Part shown: piece by piece, positions 38,056 through 51,600 of the stretch
Numbering within the stretch: position 1 is the stretch's first letter
How the letters are laid out: each line of letters starts with the position of its first letter
Assembly: GCF_009834535.1 (NCBI RefSeq)
Contig: NC_045697.1
Span: forward strand, 53,880,001 to 53,944,000
DNA length: 64,000 nucleotides
Origin: Camelus ferus
Lineage: Eukaryota
Direction: 5' to 3'
Position numbers and translations under genes: made by a program
The notes under the pieces: generated by a model
What the model saw: only the letters and a program-made list of their open reading frames with translations
Databases searched by the model: none
What the model was told of the DNA's origin: nothing

Positions 38056-38150
38056 CTTAGCTTTGGCAAGGGACACATTCTCATGGTTGTTACTCTTTAT
38101 GAGGAAAAATCTTGCATCCTGTAGGACATATTTGAGTTTACTGGTTTGAT
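38056..38150 (-). CDS. YTHDC1: YTHDC1 exon 7, start of YTH domain ([32 protein letters not shown], 95 nt)
   Basis: TTTTTCAG acceptor, GTATT donor; [11 protein letters not shown] signature. Confidence 0.98.
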
Positions 38151-38724
38151 CTGAAAAAAAGAAATCCAAATTGATTAACCAGAGGCCATTATCAAACAGA
38201 GGGATGTAAACTGTACTAACTGAAATTATCCCTCTACAACCCAGCTGAACTTTCAAAATTCATAATCACCCATTCAACCTAGAAAGCTAAGCCACAACAC
38301 ATAATAAAGCAAAGCTAAGAGGACACATTAGCATTTTGCATGAAAGTAAACCTAATATAGTGATGCTCTGATATATCAGATTCAAATTTAAATACAAAAA
38401 TGGCTATAAATTTTATAGATTTCTTTTATCAGATTAATCATTTAAAAACTGCTAACAGACCACTATGCTATTAAAAATATATATACCATCACTGTGTCCA
38501 AAAACTGTTAACGATATCCTAAAATGTTTGCTATTATTCTAAAAGATAAGCAGTAAGAAGTGAACATGGAGTTCTATGTAAGACTACATCGTTAATTTTT
38601 CTTCCCTTAATGTAATATATCAGAACATTACTACATTAAAACCAACTATTAATGGAGAACCAATAAGGCAAAATAATGACTTTACGCAGCATGCAATGAA
38701 AACAATTTCAAATTTAAATGATAC

Positions 38725-38778
38725 CTTTTCGGACAGCACGAACGGAAGATGATAATTTCTCATGCTTCTTTTCTGAAC
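38725..38778 (-). CDS. YTHDC1: YTHDC1 exon 6 (GSEKKHEKLSSSVRAVRK, 54 nt; symmetric, skippable in frame)
   Basis: ATACAG acceptor, GTATC donor, phase 1-1, manual translation. Confidence 0.94.
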
Positions 38779-39239
38779 CTGTATTTAGCCAAAGTACATT
38801 TGTTCAGATTGAGCTTTAATATAGAAATAAGACAAAATTTCTAAGTCTTGTCACATAAAGTTCTCATTCAAGACAAATTATTCTTTCTGGCGCACCCACA
38901 CACACAAATACTTCTCAATGTGTACGAGTGTTTTGCTTTTTGGGTTGTTTGGATTTTTAAAAAAATATTTGAACAGTTTCTCACTCAGAAAACTAGTCAC
39001 TGAATCATCATCTTCCAAGAAAAAAAAAAGTGAAATTCCACTTAAGCAATAACAGAACAGGATTAAAATAATAAGAAAAAGCTTAGTTTCCTCTAGAATT
39101 ATTACACTGAACATGCCAGAAATCAATACTAATGAACATCAACAAGTTCACACTAAACTACAGCCTCCACACACTTTTTACAGCAGATTACATCAGAATT
39201 GGTCAGATATGGTCACAAGTAAAAGTAAACTGAGAATAC

Positions 39240-39329
39240 CTGCATATGACTCCGATGCAGAGCTTCCACTCCTATCAAAAACAATAGGAGATATGCCTCT
39301 AGCTCTCTTCCTTTCCTTCTTTTTCTCAT
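39240..39329 (-). CDS. YTHDC1: YTHDC1 exon 5 ([30 protein letters not shown], 90 nt)
   Basis: TTTTTAG acceptor, GTATT donor, manual translation. Confidence 0.96.
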
Positions 39330-42300
39330 CTAAAAATGAATTCAAACAAGATTTTTTAAAACATTACAATACAGGTACAGGTAATCCAGTAAGAATGTTT
39401 TTATTATGTGTCTGGATTTTGCATAAGCCCTAAGTATTAGTCATTACTAATCTCTCACACTTAAATTTTTTCAGGTTTTCCAATCAGAAGACACTGTTCA
39501 AAAACTAAGGACATTTTGTTATTTCTCCCTCCAATTTTAATCAAACAAAAACGCATGGCCATAATTAAGTACTTGTCCTATACCTAAAGGTGGTCTTGAA
39601 TAAAGTTTTTCAAAAGGGGAAAAAAATTCTGCAAAGCAAACGCAACTTTTCTTTTAATTAAATTTACTGTGCTCCCTTCTATGCACCAGGTACCACTGTT
39701 TTAAGTCCTCTTTTTAAGATGTATACTATCATTCTTCATCACAATTCCAACTGTGATTCTCCCTTAGATGTCTGATAAACCCCAGAACCCAAGCCTTTCA
39801 ACTGTTTAAAAAAAGAAAAAAATTACACTACAGTAAACTAGTAATTCCCTTCTGGTTGTTCACTGTTTTTGTACCTTCAATTCCATTCTTCTTAACCACT
39901 TCCTTTCTCAATTATTGTTTGTTTTCACATTCAGTTTAAAATTTATCTCTAAAATCAATGATAGTCTATAGATATCTTAAAAAAAGCTGGGAATCTTCAG
40001 TAAATAGAAAAAGTTTGCATTACCCATCACATAAGAACCATTTCAGGCTTAATTTGGAATTTTATAAGCACATAAACAAGGGCCTAAACAGGAATTAGGC
40101 TCTCCTGTCTCTGTTTATTGGTATTTTAATTATACCACTATAAGCACCTTTACTTTTCAGCTAGAAGGAGGAATATGATAAGAGAAAATGCATATACTTA
40201 TTTTTATAAAAATAAGTGAATGTTGAAAAAGAATAATCAATGATCTTTCATACACAGTACTATTTTAAAAGCTTTAAATAAATTATCTCCCTTAATCCTT
40301 GAATCAAACTCATGAGATACATAATACCATTATTTTCATTTACAGAAAAGGAAACTTCAACTTAGTGGGGAGGTTAGCCAAATTGGCAAGGGTTCCACAG
40401 TTCTTAGGTGACAGAATCTAGTTTCTAACTTGAAAGTACAAGCCACGAGCTCTAGTCTTATTAAGAGAAAACAAAAAAATTTTACTACTATTCTAGGGGG
40501 ATCCTATGTCTAAACTAGTTTAAAGATGGAAAACTCCAAGGAGATAAGTTCCTTTTATTTTAGTTTAAGTATCCTTCCCTTTGTAATGTATTATTAATTG
40601 CTTCTCCAAATACACAGTATTAAAAGCTTGTAAATAATACTGATTTTCCTAACTTAGGGCAGAAAAGAAGGGCTAAGCAACACATATCGGCACAATTGTA
40701 AAGCCAAGCCCATTTAAAGCTAGCAACCTTGGGGACATAACAATATTCAAATAACTAGCTGTAGGGAAAACCATTTATTTTCAGGCTTGTTGGCTTTGAA
40801 TAATGATACCTGACTTTCAAGTTTTAAAATCTTTTCCCTCAGGGCAAACTATAAGACTTCAAGAGAATACACTGAAGTAGTTTAAAATGACTGAGAACTT
40901 CACCCAAACAGATGAGAAACAGGTTTTGTCAAATCCCAAATTTCTTTCTCATCCATGTCTGTTTTGTTCACTGACTACACATTCCTACATAGCGCCTGGC
41001 ATACAGTAGGAACTGAATTCATTCAATCAATGAATATAACATGTACATGAAAGAAATGAGAAAAATAAAACTTTTAAAAATTTTTAATTATTTCTTCCAA
41101 AAATTCTAGCATTTTTTTATTTTTCCTCTATGAATATTTAGGAATATGAACTTTATAAATTGATCACAAAGGATAATACATTTCTTGTTGCTATTTAAAA
41201 ATAATATGTTATGTTTCTAAGTACTAAAAGGATGTCTCACTAAGATCGAACAGGAAAAATGATAGAAGCAGAAGTTAAGATCTTGCCCAACTATTTTTAT
41301 ATAATGTTAAATACAGCATTATCATGAAAAAATCTCCAAGGATTTTTTCATCTTTTTTATATAACTTTTTTTGTATAAATCACTGCTCTTCCCTCTCCCA
41401 ACAATTATTCTCAGGTCAAAAAAACAATGAAAGTCACCTAACAAACTTTTAACAACCTTTACTAAATCACTTTTGTAAGGACGGTACTGAAATTCTGAGA
41501 AAAAATAAGGTAGAATAAACTAGAATGTAGGAAATTCATGACAAAGAAACTAAACTGTGATCCCTTGTATTTAAAAATGGACATTTCCTAATCAAAGCAT
41601 TCCAAATCCACCCCATTTTTCTTTCGCACATTATTATAAAGAGAAACTACTCCACGATAAAAATTAAAATGTCCTGCATACTGAATACAGTCTCTAAAAC
41701 ATGTTCCACATAAGAGCTCTTCAAAGGAAAAGCCATATATTTCCCTTTAATAAGGAAAGTAAGACTTCTAGGTATGTCTTTTAAAACAACAAATCTAACA
41801 GTTTTAGTATCAAGGTTTGTAAAACTATTGCCTATCATTCAATCTGAAATATTTTATCCACAGATATATAAAGTATTAATCAGTACCTTGTGAAATATCA
41901 GCATCTAGGAACTTATTAAAAATACAGATTATTTCAGGTCCTATTCATATAATTCTACCTTATTTGACTTAAAACAAGATATACATAAATTCTAAGAAAT
42001 ATTGTTCCTAACGTGGACATCAAAAAGAAGACTCCTAAAATAAACTCTTACAGGTGTTTCACATTCTCCACATAAATGAACATTCATTCATATTGCCAAT
42101 GCAATTTTTGTTCTCTCTCCATTATCATAAATTATAAAATGTATATCCCATCAGTTTGCAAAACGTATGACAGAATCAGAGTAAAATAAAAGTTTTCCAC
42201 AAGTTTTTTTTTTAAATATCAAATGCAACTACTCATCCATTCAGTTTAACTCTAACCTCCTTCAAAAACCCATCTAAACTCCCAAACCTAGAACTCTAGT

Positions 42301-43190
42301 GAGTACAAGGGTGGAAGCACTTCAGCTGCCAATTAGAAAATACTTGGCCATTTGCTCTATCATTTACACTATTATCAAGAATATGATTTACTAACAATGT
42401 ATTACTAAGATAACAACATTCTATAATAATAAAATTGTAACTATCATATATATCTAAATAGGATTTTTCTAATGTTTAGTACATCTTGCCTATAAAGCAG
42501 ACCAAGCTGTATCTTCACATAAGACAGCCATGAGAGTGTCATCACCACATAGTGGCCAGGGGTCTTTAAGTACCCTGATCTCTCCTTGCTCTACCCTCTG
42601 AACTTTCCCCCAAAAGAGGGTCCCCTCAGGCTAGTGACTGCCACTACCTCCCACTTCTACATTCAAGTCCCAAGGGTCAGATACAGTGGGAGGGCATGTA
42701 GTACTGAAGGAATTACTCAAGATGGCTCTTACCCCATCTCTTCACAAGAATTTTACTCTTATTTTCCATCTTGTACCTTTATACCCAGCCTTTTGGTAAT
42801 CCTGCCCCAGTCAGTCAACCCACAGGTATAGAACTGAAAGAAAAGTCTGTTGTGCTCCCAAAAGAAAAAGAAAGTTAAGTTGTTTTGATTTGTTGCCACA
42901 TGATAGAAATGTAGAAGCACTTAACGTGAAAATACTGTAAATATCTAGCAGACAGGTTCCACGTGAATATACTTCAAGTACTGTAGTGTTTAAATAAGCT
43001 GTTGTTTAGTACAGAAATCTAAGAATTTATAACATTAAAACCTCACATACATCTCCTTATAGAGAAACAGACTAGTGTACATTTACAATTAATCAATTTG
43101 TAGCCAGGAAATACCTTTACTAAGATATGTAAATCTTACTCAAATGCATGTATAATACATAAAAGCATGCTATACCAAAAAATCACTAGG

Positions 43191-43224
43191 CAGTCTTATT
43201 AACATCCCAGTCTTATTAACATCC
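43191..43224. repeat. Perfect 17-bp tandem duplication (CAGTCTTATTAACATCC)x2
   Basis: Direct reading. Confidence 0.95.
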
Positions 43225-43335
43225 CCCAGCACCTCAAAAATTTTATAATTTAACTTAAACAGGTTTAAGAATAAAGCTAATCATGTCAATTAAAAAAAAA
43301 AAAAAAGACAAAACTTTACAGATAAAAACTAGTAC

Positions 43336-43771
43336 CTGATCCATCTGTGCCTGAACCAGATCTGACAGATCCATCCGTGAAGGAAACAGATTCAGAATCA
43401 GAGTCACTAGCCTCACTTCGAGTGTCATAATCATTTCCCTCTTCCTTCTGGTCTCTCTCATCCTGTTCATACTCTTCTTCCTCTTCCTCTTCTTCCTCTT
43501 CCTCCTCTTCCTCCTCCTCCTCCTCTTCTTCTTCCTCCTCTTCCTCTCCATCTTCATCCACCTCTTCATCTTCCTCTGCATCTTCTTCTACCTCTTCATC
43601 TTCCTCCACATCTTCCACCCCTTCCTCCTCATTCTCAGTGTTGTTGCCTTGCTCATCAGAAGAACCACTGCTGCCAGTCTCATGGTCGGAGCCATATTCT
43701 TCAGAGTTCACCTCTTCCTTAGAAGACTGGCTGGATCTGCTTGCACGTCTATCCACTTCAAGCCCAATTCT
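43336..43771 (-). CDS. YTHDC1: YTHDC1 exon 4, Glu-rich disordered region (RIGLEVDRR...poly-E...GSGTDGS, 436 nt)
   Basis: CATCAG acceptor, GTACT donor, ORF track 43316..43756. Confidence 0.97.
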
Positions 43772-43890
43772 CTGATGTTTAAAGAAAAAGGGAATCAGGA
43801 GTCATGTAACAGACAAGGTCAGAGTGAATAAATAGTTCTAGCCTCAAAAAGAATTGCTTTCTGTTTTATATTTGCAATAATATTTACTAC

Positions 43891-44219
43891 CTCAGAACCA
43901 TCTGGCGTAGGGGATTTGATCCTCCTTTCAGGATCCCTTTTCCGCAGACAAGTTTTTTCAGGTTGACTCTTATAAGGTTCTCTAGAGGCACTGCTTGACA
44001 AACGAATCTTCCGATCAGCTTCCAGACGCTTGTTTCTTTCAGCTCTTTGATATTCTTCATTTTTATACTCTGTAACTGACTTTCCCTTTGTACTAACCAT
44101 TCTTTTGTTATTGCTAACTGATGAGCTCAGGGGCTTAGAAATTAATTGTCTTGAATGAACAGAAGGCTTCTGTCTCTTTGTGTCAGAGGATTCCATTCGA
44201 TCACTTTTTCTTTTTGATC
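43891..44219 (-). CDS. YTHDC1: YTHDC1 exon 3 ([19 protein letters not shown]...SPTPDGSE, 329 nt)
   Basis: TTTTTAAG acceptor, GTAGT donor; cumulative CDS 459 nt (phase 0). Confidence 0.97.
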
Positions 44220-44579
44220 CTTAAAAATACAAAGAAAAAAAAAAGAGTCTGAGTATTTGATTTATTTCACCCAAGATTAACAGGTAAATATATCAGAGAG
44301 AAAAAAGCCTCTTCTCTTTCATGTCTTCTCAAATACGTTTACTCCAAAGTTAATCATAAAGAAAAACAGCTTTCAAATACTGGAATAAACCCCATGCAAA
44401 TGTTTGAAAAAAACATATTACTCTTATTCATGTGGAATTGGGTCCCACTGCTTGTTATGATTGTGCTTTTGGTGTTAAGAGTCTTAAGGAACAAGTGCAA
44501 AAGTGAAGACTCTTTCTTAAGAAATTAAATCTCTATTTATACTGGCATTTTAAAAAAAAATAATAGAAATCTTTCATAC

Positions 44580-44681
44580 CCTTTTTCTCATTTTTATCTT
44601 GTTCACTCTCTGGATTATACAGTTCATCATCCTGTTCTGGTACTTCAGTCAAAATATCATCTAGAACATTAAGTTCTCCAT
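44580..44681 (-). CDS. YTHDC1: YTHDC1 exon 2 ([34 protein letters not shown], 102 nt)
   Basis: TTTTCAG acceptor, GTATG donor, phase 1-1, recognisable peptide. Confidence 0.97.
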
Positions 44682-45079
44682 CTGAAAACAAAATTAAAAA
44701 TAGGGAAAAATCATTATCATTAAACATTTATTTCTGAGTACTTACTATGTTGAGGCTAAAGAAGTATAAGGACATAACCATCAAGGAGCTTTTATTTCAA
44801 GACACAAGAATAATTCCTGTAAAACCATACAAGATAAAGGATGTGATAGAGCTCTGATTCACAAAGCCAGGAGGAGTATATACCCCATAGGATACAAAAA
44901 GATATACTGGGATGTAAGAACTTCTGTATGTGTATCTCACCCTTTAATTTCTAACTTTTATAGCTGTTTTAAAATATGCACAATAAACTAGCATAAAAAT
45001 ACATGTGCATAGTATAACTTTTAAATAAACATACATTTATCAAAGATTGTGTACTTCCAGCAAAATACTTATTGATTAC

Positions 45080-45780
45080 CAATTTACAGTGGAGAAACTT
45101 GGTAGACTCCAGCTTAACCAACTAATGAAAGTTCATATCACCAGTAGTGGTCAAATCAACATCCTGGACCCTCTGGTATGATGCACTATGAATAGAACAA
45201 TTCTGTAATAGATTCCTATGAAATACGCAAAATCTGAACCTACACATGAGGAAACAAATATTAAACAAACCCAAATTAAGGGGCATCCAAAAAAATCAAT
45301 GACATGAAATACAAACACTAAGGAAATACTTCAGATTAAAGAAGACTAAAAGATACAATAACTGAATACTTACTGTATATGATCTAAGACATTAACTGGA
45401 AAAACTAGTAAAATCTAAATAAGGTCTGTAGATTACAAGTTATCAATGTTAATTTTCTAATTTTGATAGTACTATATAGTTAAGTAAAAGAGAATCCTAC
45501 TTTTTAGGAAACATTTAAGGATTTGGGGGCAAAGAAGCATCATGCCTGCAACCGACAAAAGCATTCAGGAAAAAAAATGTGTCTGCATGCATACATCCAC
45601 ACATATATACAGAGAAAGAGAGAGAGAAATAGAAAAAGCGAAAGAGAATGAGTTAGAGAGAAAGATAAATGTGGTAAAATGTTAACATTTGTGGAATGTG
45701 GTTGAAAAGCAAAAGAATTCTTTGTACTAATCTTATAGCTATCCTGTTTGTCTGAAATAATGTCAAAGCAAGTTAAAAGA
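45080..45780 (+). mobile_element. L1MC-type 3' UTR fragment (intron 1)
   Basis: TTTACAGTGGAGAAACTTGGTAGAC..CTTAACCA..; same family motifs as 7730-8115. Confidence 0.7.
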
Positions 45781-47559
45781 AAATTATTGATGTGCTACAC
45801 AACCAAAAACATTTGAGGCTGCTGGTATGGACTATATTAAATGCAACTTGTTCAGACAAGGGAACTACTGACAATAACTGATATTCAGTAATCATGAAAA
45901 CTTAGAATTCAAGTTTTATCACCCTATCCCCATCCCCACCCTCATCCAACAGGACAAAATAAGTCTTAGAAATACATGCAAATATTTATTTACTACTTTA
46001 AACTGATTTTTTTAAAAAAATAAGGCACTAAAGCTAATGGTAAATGCTTTGAACACTAAATATTTCGGTATAAAAAAAAAAAACCTCTGCAAATTTAAGG
46101 TGATGCAAAGAGGGTTATAAAATTATAAAAATTGTTGAGATAGGACAATTATATTTATGACTTCAGCCAAAAGGCAAAGCCCACTCAAAGTACAGCAAGG
46201 GCTGTTAACCTGAGGTCTATAAACAGGTTACAGGGGATTCAAATTTCTCCAAAGAGGGATAGAAATCAGTGACTGAAGAGAACTAAAAAAGTTAATGTAG
46301 GCATTGATAAGGAGGAAAGCAAGATTACACGGATACAGAAAAGGTAACAATGCACATATTCCTCTGTACTTATAGTCACAGTTGCTGTTTAAGAAGAACA
46401 CGTGAAAATTACACATGCCTGGAATAGCATAGTAACTGGTATCTTTGGGTGGTTAAGAACGATTATCTACACTATTTTTCTAAAATGAACGTATACTATA
46501 CGGACTGTTTTCATTTGTGTTCATTTATTTTTTTAAATGTTACTGAAAATCAAGATATGTCAAACAAAAAGGCTTCTCTCATCCTCTGCGTTCATGTTTT
46601 TATGGAAGAAATTCCCTCAAGATCTGAATTGTAGCAAACAATTTTTAAAGGATAGATTGTAAATAAAAATTCAAAAACATGTAATTTGATTTTTAAAAAT
46701 CCAAGTTTTTCAAATACTTAATGATTCTTGGGTCAAAGCTTTCTAGCCAGTAAAAAGGGGGCCCAACAGATTTTGAAAAATCAAATGTATTTGTAGAACC
46801 AAAAGAAAAATACTAAAACTATCACAGGAAAACAGGCAACTAAGTAAATAGTGCTATAAAAATCTTTTCATGAAATCACTAGTTCTTAATTAGAAATATC
46901 CACCCAAAAGCTTGAACATTCACATGAAATTATACACTTTAATATGTGCTAAATCTATTATAGAATGAAAGAACTGTGCAGGTTAATTAACTCCATTTAA
47001 ATTTCAGGCATGTCTAAATCATGATTTCCCTACAAAAAGGGTATTATTGTCTTAAAAAGCTTTAACAAATAATTGTATCAAATTCAAAGACTGGCTGCAG
47101 TTTTAGAAAGCATCTACAAATTTTTAAAATATTAACCAATTCTTAGTTTTCTAACATTTTATCACTCTCACATGTCATACATGACATATATAAAGTATGT
47201 TTTAGATCTAATACTTTGCGGATAAAGAAATACAAGCTCAGAAGTTCGAGTTGAGCAAATTCACTTGTCTACAGTTCAGGCTTTGTAAACTCAGGGTTGA
47301 ATTAGATGAGGAACATTAAAAGCACCTTTAAACAAAGTATAAGAGAACAACCAAACTGCAGAGTATCACTGAAAAATCTTGATTAATTTCAAGTTAGTAC
47401 ACTAGTAATTTCAAATTAGTGCACCAGAAAGCTCTGTATTAATATCATAGCATCTTAAATTTACTTTAAGATGAACAATAGCATCCTCACTTAATGGTCT
47501 ACACATTTTTATCCATATTACAGTCCATGACATCAATAACCTAACTGTAGTTTTATCTC

Positions 47560-47742
47560 AACACTGGCAAGCTAAGACCTGCAGGACAAATCCAGCCCAT
47601 GGCCTATTTTTGACTGACAAGATAAGAATGGTTTCAGCATTTTTAAGGTTGTATTTTTAAAAAAAGAACAAAAAAATATATTACAAAGACCTTATGTGGC
47701 CCACAAAGCCTAAAATATTATCTACAATTTGCCAACCTGTGA
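47560..47742. mobile_element. MER58A-like hAT-Charlie DNA element
   Basis: TGGCAAG..CAAATCCAGCCC..AAGAATGGTTT..TATGTGGCCCACAAAGCCTAAAATATT..TTTGCCAACC. Confidence 0.75.
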
Positions 47743-48159
47743 TATAAAATATCATACTTTAAGTTACTTTCCTCCACCACTGAAACCACTCATGTATTTG
47801 CCGAAATATAATACACAGGAGAAAGAGGTTTGTATTTGTAAGTAAGAAAATCCAGCTCATCATTTAAGAGCCAGGTATCCTTGGGAAAGTCTCAGTCTGA
47901 GCTTCAGTTTCTTCACCTCTGGGAAAAGGCATTTAAAACAAAAAGATCAGTGTTTGGGGAAGGGGGGAAAGGAGGTAGTTTTCTAAATCCTCTGATAAGC
48001 CTTTCCAGTCACTATCAGATTCTAATGAACGCTGTCTGCCACAAACCTTGCTAATGACTAGGGTATATGACACACAAAAACTGGTCCAGAACATAAAACA
48101 AAATCCTCTTAGTAAGACAAATATATAAATGTTCTGATTATCTATTGATGTAAATATTA

Positions 48160-48615
48160 TATGTTACTCCAAAACTTGACGATGACCTAAAACAATACAA
48201 TGAGTTATTATTACTGCTTATGGTTCTGAGGCTTAACTAGGGTCTCTCATGTGGCTGCAGTGAGGGCCAGCTAGAATCATCTGAAGGCTTGCTTATTCAC
48301 AAGTCTGGCTGGAGCCTTGGCTGGGAAGACTCAAAAAACCTGGGGCTCCAAGGGCATTCCTTTCCAGGGTCACTTGCCTCTCCACCAAGGCAGCTTCAGG
48401 GTAGGCTGACCTCTTACATGGTTTAGGGCTCTAAAGATGTACAGTTCAAAAAAGAAAGGGCCAGGCAGAAGCTCAACAACACTGCCATAGTATTTTATTC
48501 AGAGACAATCACAAAAGTCTACTAAGGTTCAAAGAGAGGAGCCATGGATGGACTTCACCTATTATTGGGAGAAAAGTCAAATAACTTGGCAGACATTTTC
48601 AAAACTACCACCGTC
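48160..48615 (-). mobile_element. MaLR (MLT1-like) LTR
   Basis: GGTCTCTCATGTGGCTGCAGT..GCTAGAATCATCTGAAGGCTT..CATTTTCAAAACTACCAC. Confidence 0.65.
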
Positions 48616-51600
48616 TGCTTAGTTTTGGTTTAACCTTAATGATTTTAATAATAAATGTATGGAGTGTTTTTAAACATCAAAATTTGGTTTAAAAAGAGCT
48701 CATAGTATTGCGTTATAAAGCTAAAAAGCTGCTTCCACTTCTTTCATTGGCTAGAAAAAGTACACTCTGTATATATTTTAATTCACTTTTTCAATTTCAA
48801 ATCAATTAGTTATAAAGAAAGGGAAGATTATTTTGGTAGTCTCAAAGCTACTATTATTAAAGACTAAACATAACTGGCATAACCTTTTCGGAAAGAAATA
48901 ATTATCTCTAATAATTAAAGTAACACCCATTGGTTCTCTACAGTGACTTTAAGCTACTTTAATGTTTTAAATCATTTTCGTTACCCTGAAATGTAACATT
49001 ATTATTCTGTATAATGATGTAGATATATTTAAATACTTCACAGTTGTTTGACAGCAGCACCTTAAGAATACTGGTAATAAAATGAACAAAGGTTAGCAAA
49101 CACCAGTTAAGAAGAATTCTATGAACACAATTTATATAGTATAAAAATGACTCAAAAGCAGTTATTTCTGAGTTAAAGCACTTCATATTTTTTGAGAAGT
49201 CTATATAAAGAACTACATAGTCTTTTTAAAAAAGCATTTTAAAACCCTAAAAATTGTATTTTAGACACCACGACAAATGAGTTTTTTTACATCAGTGCAA
49301 ATTAACTCAAATGAAACAAAATAAACAGCATTTCCACTTAAAGCTAAAATTCAAATCCATACAAAATTATATACTAACAACCTGTAGATGAATCTAGTTC
49401 TTGGATGCTTTGTTTTTGAAAACTCCAGGGATTTAATATAAAAATCCAGACCCTATATTTTCTAAAAAAGACAGTTTCATCATTAGTGGCCCAGACTCTC
49501 ATCTAGAAATGAGCTGGAGCAGTCCTGACAGTCTCCTGCTAAGACACCGTGAAGGTAACTTATGTCAAGGTTGTGCATGAGACAATCTGGGTTTATGCCC
49601 CATAAATCAAAGTATTTACTAATACTGCCTGAACACAGACCATGTTTACTCTTTTATTCCTTATAACCTAATACTCACAATTTACATACTGTATTAAATG
49701 AGTACTTTATCTGCCTGACCCTAGAACGCATATAAACCTACAACTCTTAAACAACACTGATATTAAATAAATGCAAATAAACTTAAGGTTCAAGACACTG
49801 AGGCACAGGGACACCAAACTACAGTTTTAGTATATATACAATACTTTGTAAAAGAGTAGGAACGCTAAAAGAGACAAGCCTACTTAACTCCAGTAGATTA
49901 ACTGCCTTGACAGAATGTAAGCACCATGATGTCAGATCTTACAAATTTTCAAGAGGATTCCCAAATTCAGATTTTAATTTGGAATTTTCTGACTTCCAAA
50001 TGCTGCCTTAATTAAAAACAAAACAAAGCAGACTGCTGCTAGCTTGACTCCTCTATGGAAATGCAATCATCTGTGAATATTTCGCTTTCACAATATATGA
50101 TGTGCTTCTATGGACTTGATCATCATTACTGGTGCAAAGGAACACAATCTTAGTTATTGTCACAAACTATAATTAGCAAACTGAATTTTAGGATAAAGGT
50201 ACAGATTCACACGTATAGGAAGCAAAACAAGGAAATAAGTCACTGTTTTTAGAACCTTTTCAAAACTGTGTTAGAATTAACAGGGCGTGTCTTTTTGCTT
50301 GATTGGGAGATTTTGGTCTTGACAAGATAAACATGGGAACTTTAAAACCTAACTAGCTTTCAAAGCAGTTTAACCTTTAGAAGGTTATGTATGGAACAAG
50401 TATTCCAAAATGAAGCCCAAAGAATTAAAATAACTTGACTAAAATCTCACAGCTCTGATTCCAAATTCAGTGCTCTCTTTACTATACCAGAATTACATCT
50501 TACTGTTGAAATTCTTGGCCCAGAAAGGCCACAAACCTTATTTAACTCCAGGGATTATCAGCGTAGAAAATTAACCTTTATCTGAGACACAGTTCATTTT
50601 CTTGACCCTGGAAGCTTCAGTGTCAGGAGACACAAAGTACAATTTATTCCAGGATCCAGCATCAGACTAAGATCTGAAATATTTAAAGGAAAAAAAAAAA
50701 AAAAAAAACACTGGGCAGTTAAATATACAATGCATTTTGTTTTCCAACACAAGGCACCAAAGTACATTATACTTTTAATTTTAATTCACTTAATACAGTT
50801 TCAGTGGGGTTTGGCAATGGAGCAAGATTTCCTGGAACCTCCCCTTCTGTTGTGCTTTACGTTAGACCAGTCTTTCAGTTACTTTTTGTCATTCAAAACT
50901 GTCATTCCTTTATATGAAGTGCAGAGACTTGGATTTCCCACCCCATACAAATTTAGGTCTTCCAAAAAGCGTACAAGTGAAGTCTAAGGAGAGCATTTAA
51001 AATCTTTTGTCTTACTTCTATTATGGGTAAAACAAATATACTGGAATATCAAATATATACTCCATGCTTTATAAAGCCCTAACTAAAGTATAAGTCAATC
51101 TAACCCTAAGGACTTACCATACATTGGCAGCTACAGTATGTAAATATGTGTGTGTGTATGTGTATATAATTGTGTGTACATATTTATATGCACCTGTGAG
51201 TGCGTACATATACAATTTAAACTGAGAAACTCTTACCTTTGGACATCAATAACAAATATCACATAACTAGTCAGTTATTAAAGAAGTCTGACCTTGAGCT
51301 AATGATTTACAACCTTCTAAATCATTTATTCAAGGCACTGAGACAATTACTGTATACCACGAACCTGGTAAAATCCTGGCCCTCATGGAGCTTCCAGTCT
51401 GATAATGTACAAAACACGTTACTTTTGAAAGTGGTACCTTGTTATCCATGTTTTAGGTATATTAAACTTGTATAGCTGTTCTTCAGAGAGAACTTTGTAA
51501 GAGCTTAAGAAGTAAAATGTATACAAGGTGTTCATAATAGAAAAGATGTGTTATTTCCCCATATAGAAAAATGGCATTTAATTTTAGCTAACACCACCAA

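Noticed and set aside
38975..39010. Minus-strand ATGATGA...CTGA resembling C/D boxes in intron 5 (similar pair at 27561-27609)
   Set aside because: Spans of ~30 and ~49 nt are too short for a C/D snoRNA, and I see no terminal stem
43255..43581. 108-aa Arg/Lys-rich ORF
   Set aside because: Shifted reading frame of the poly-Glu exon
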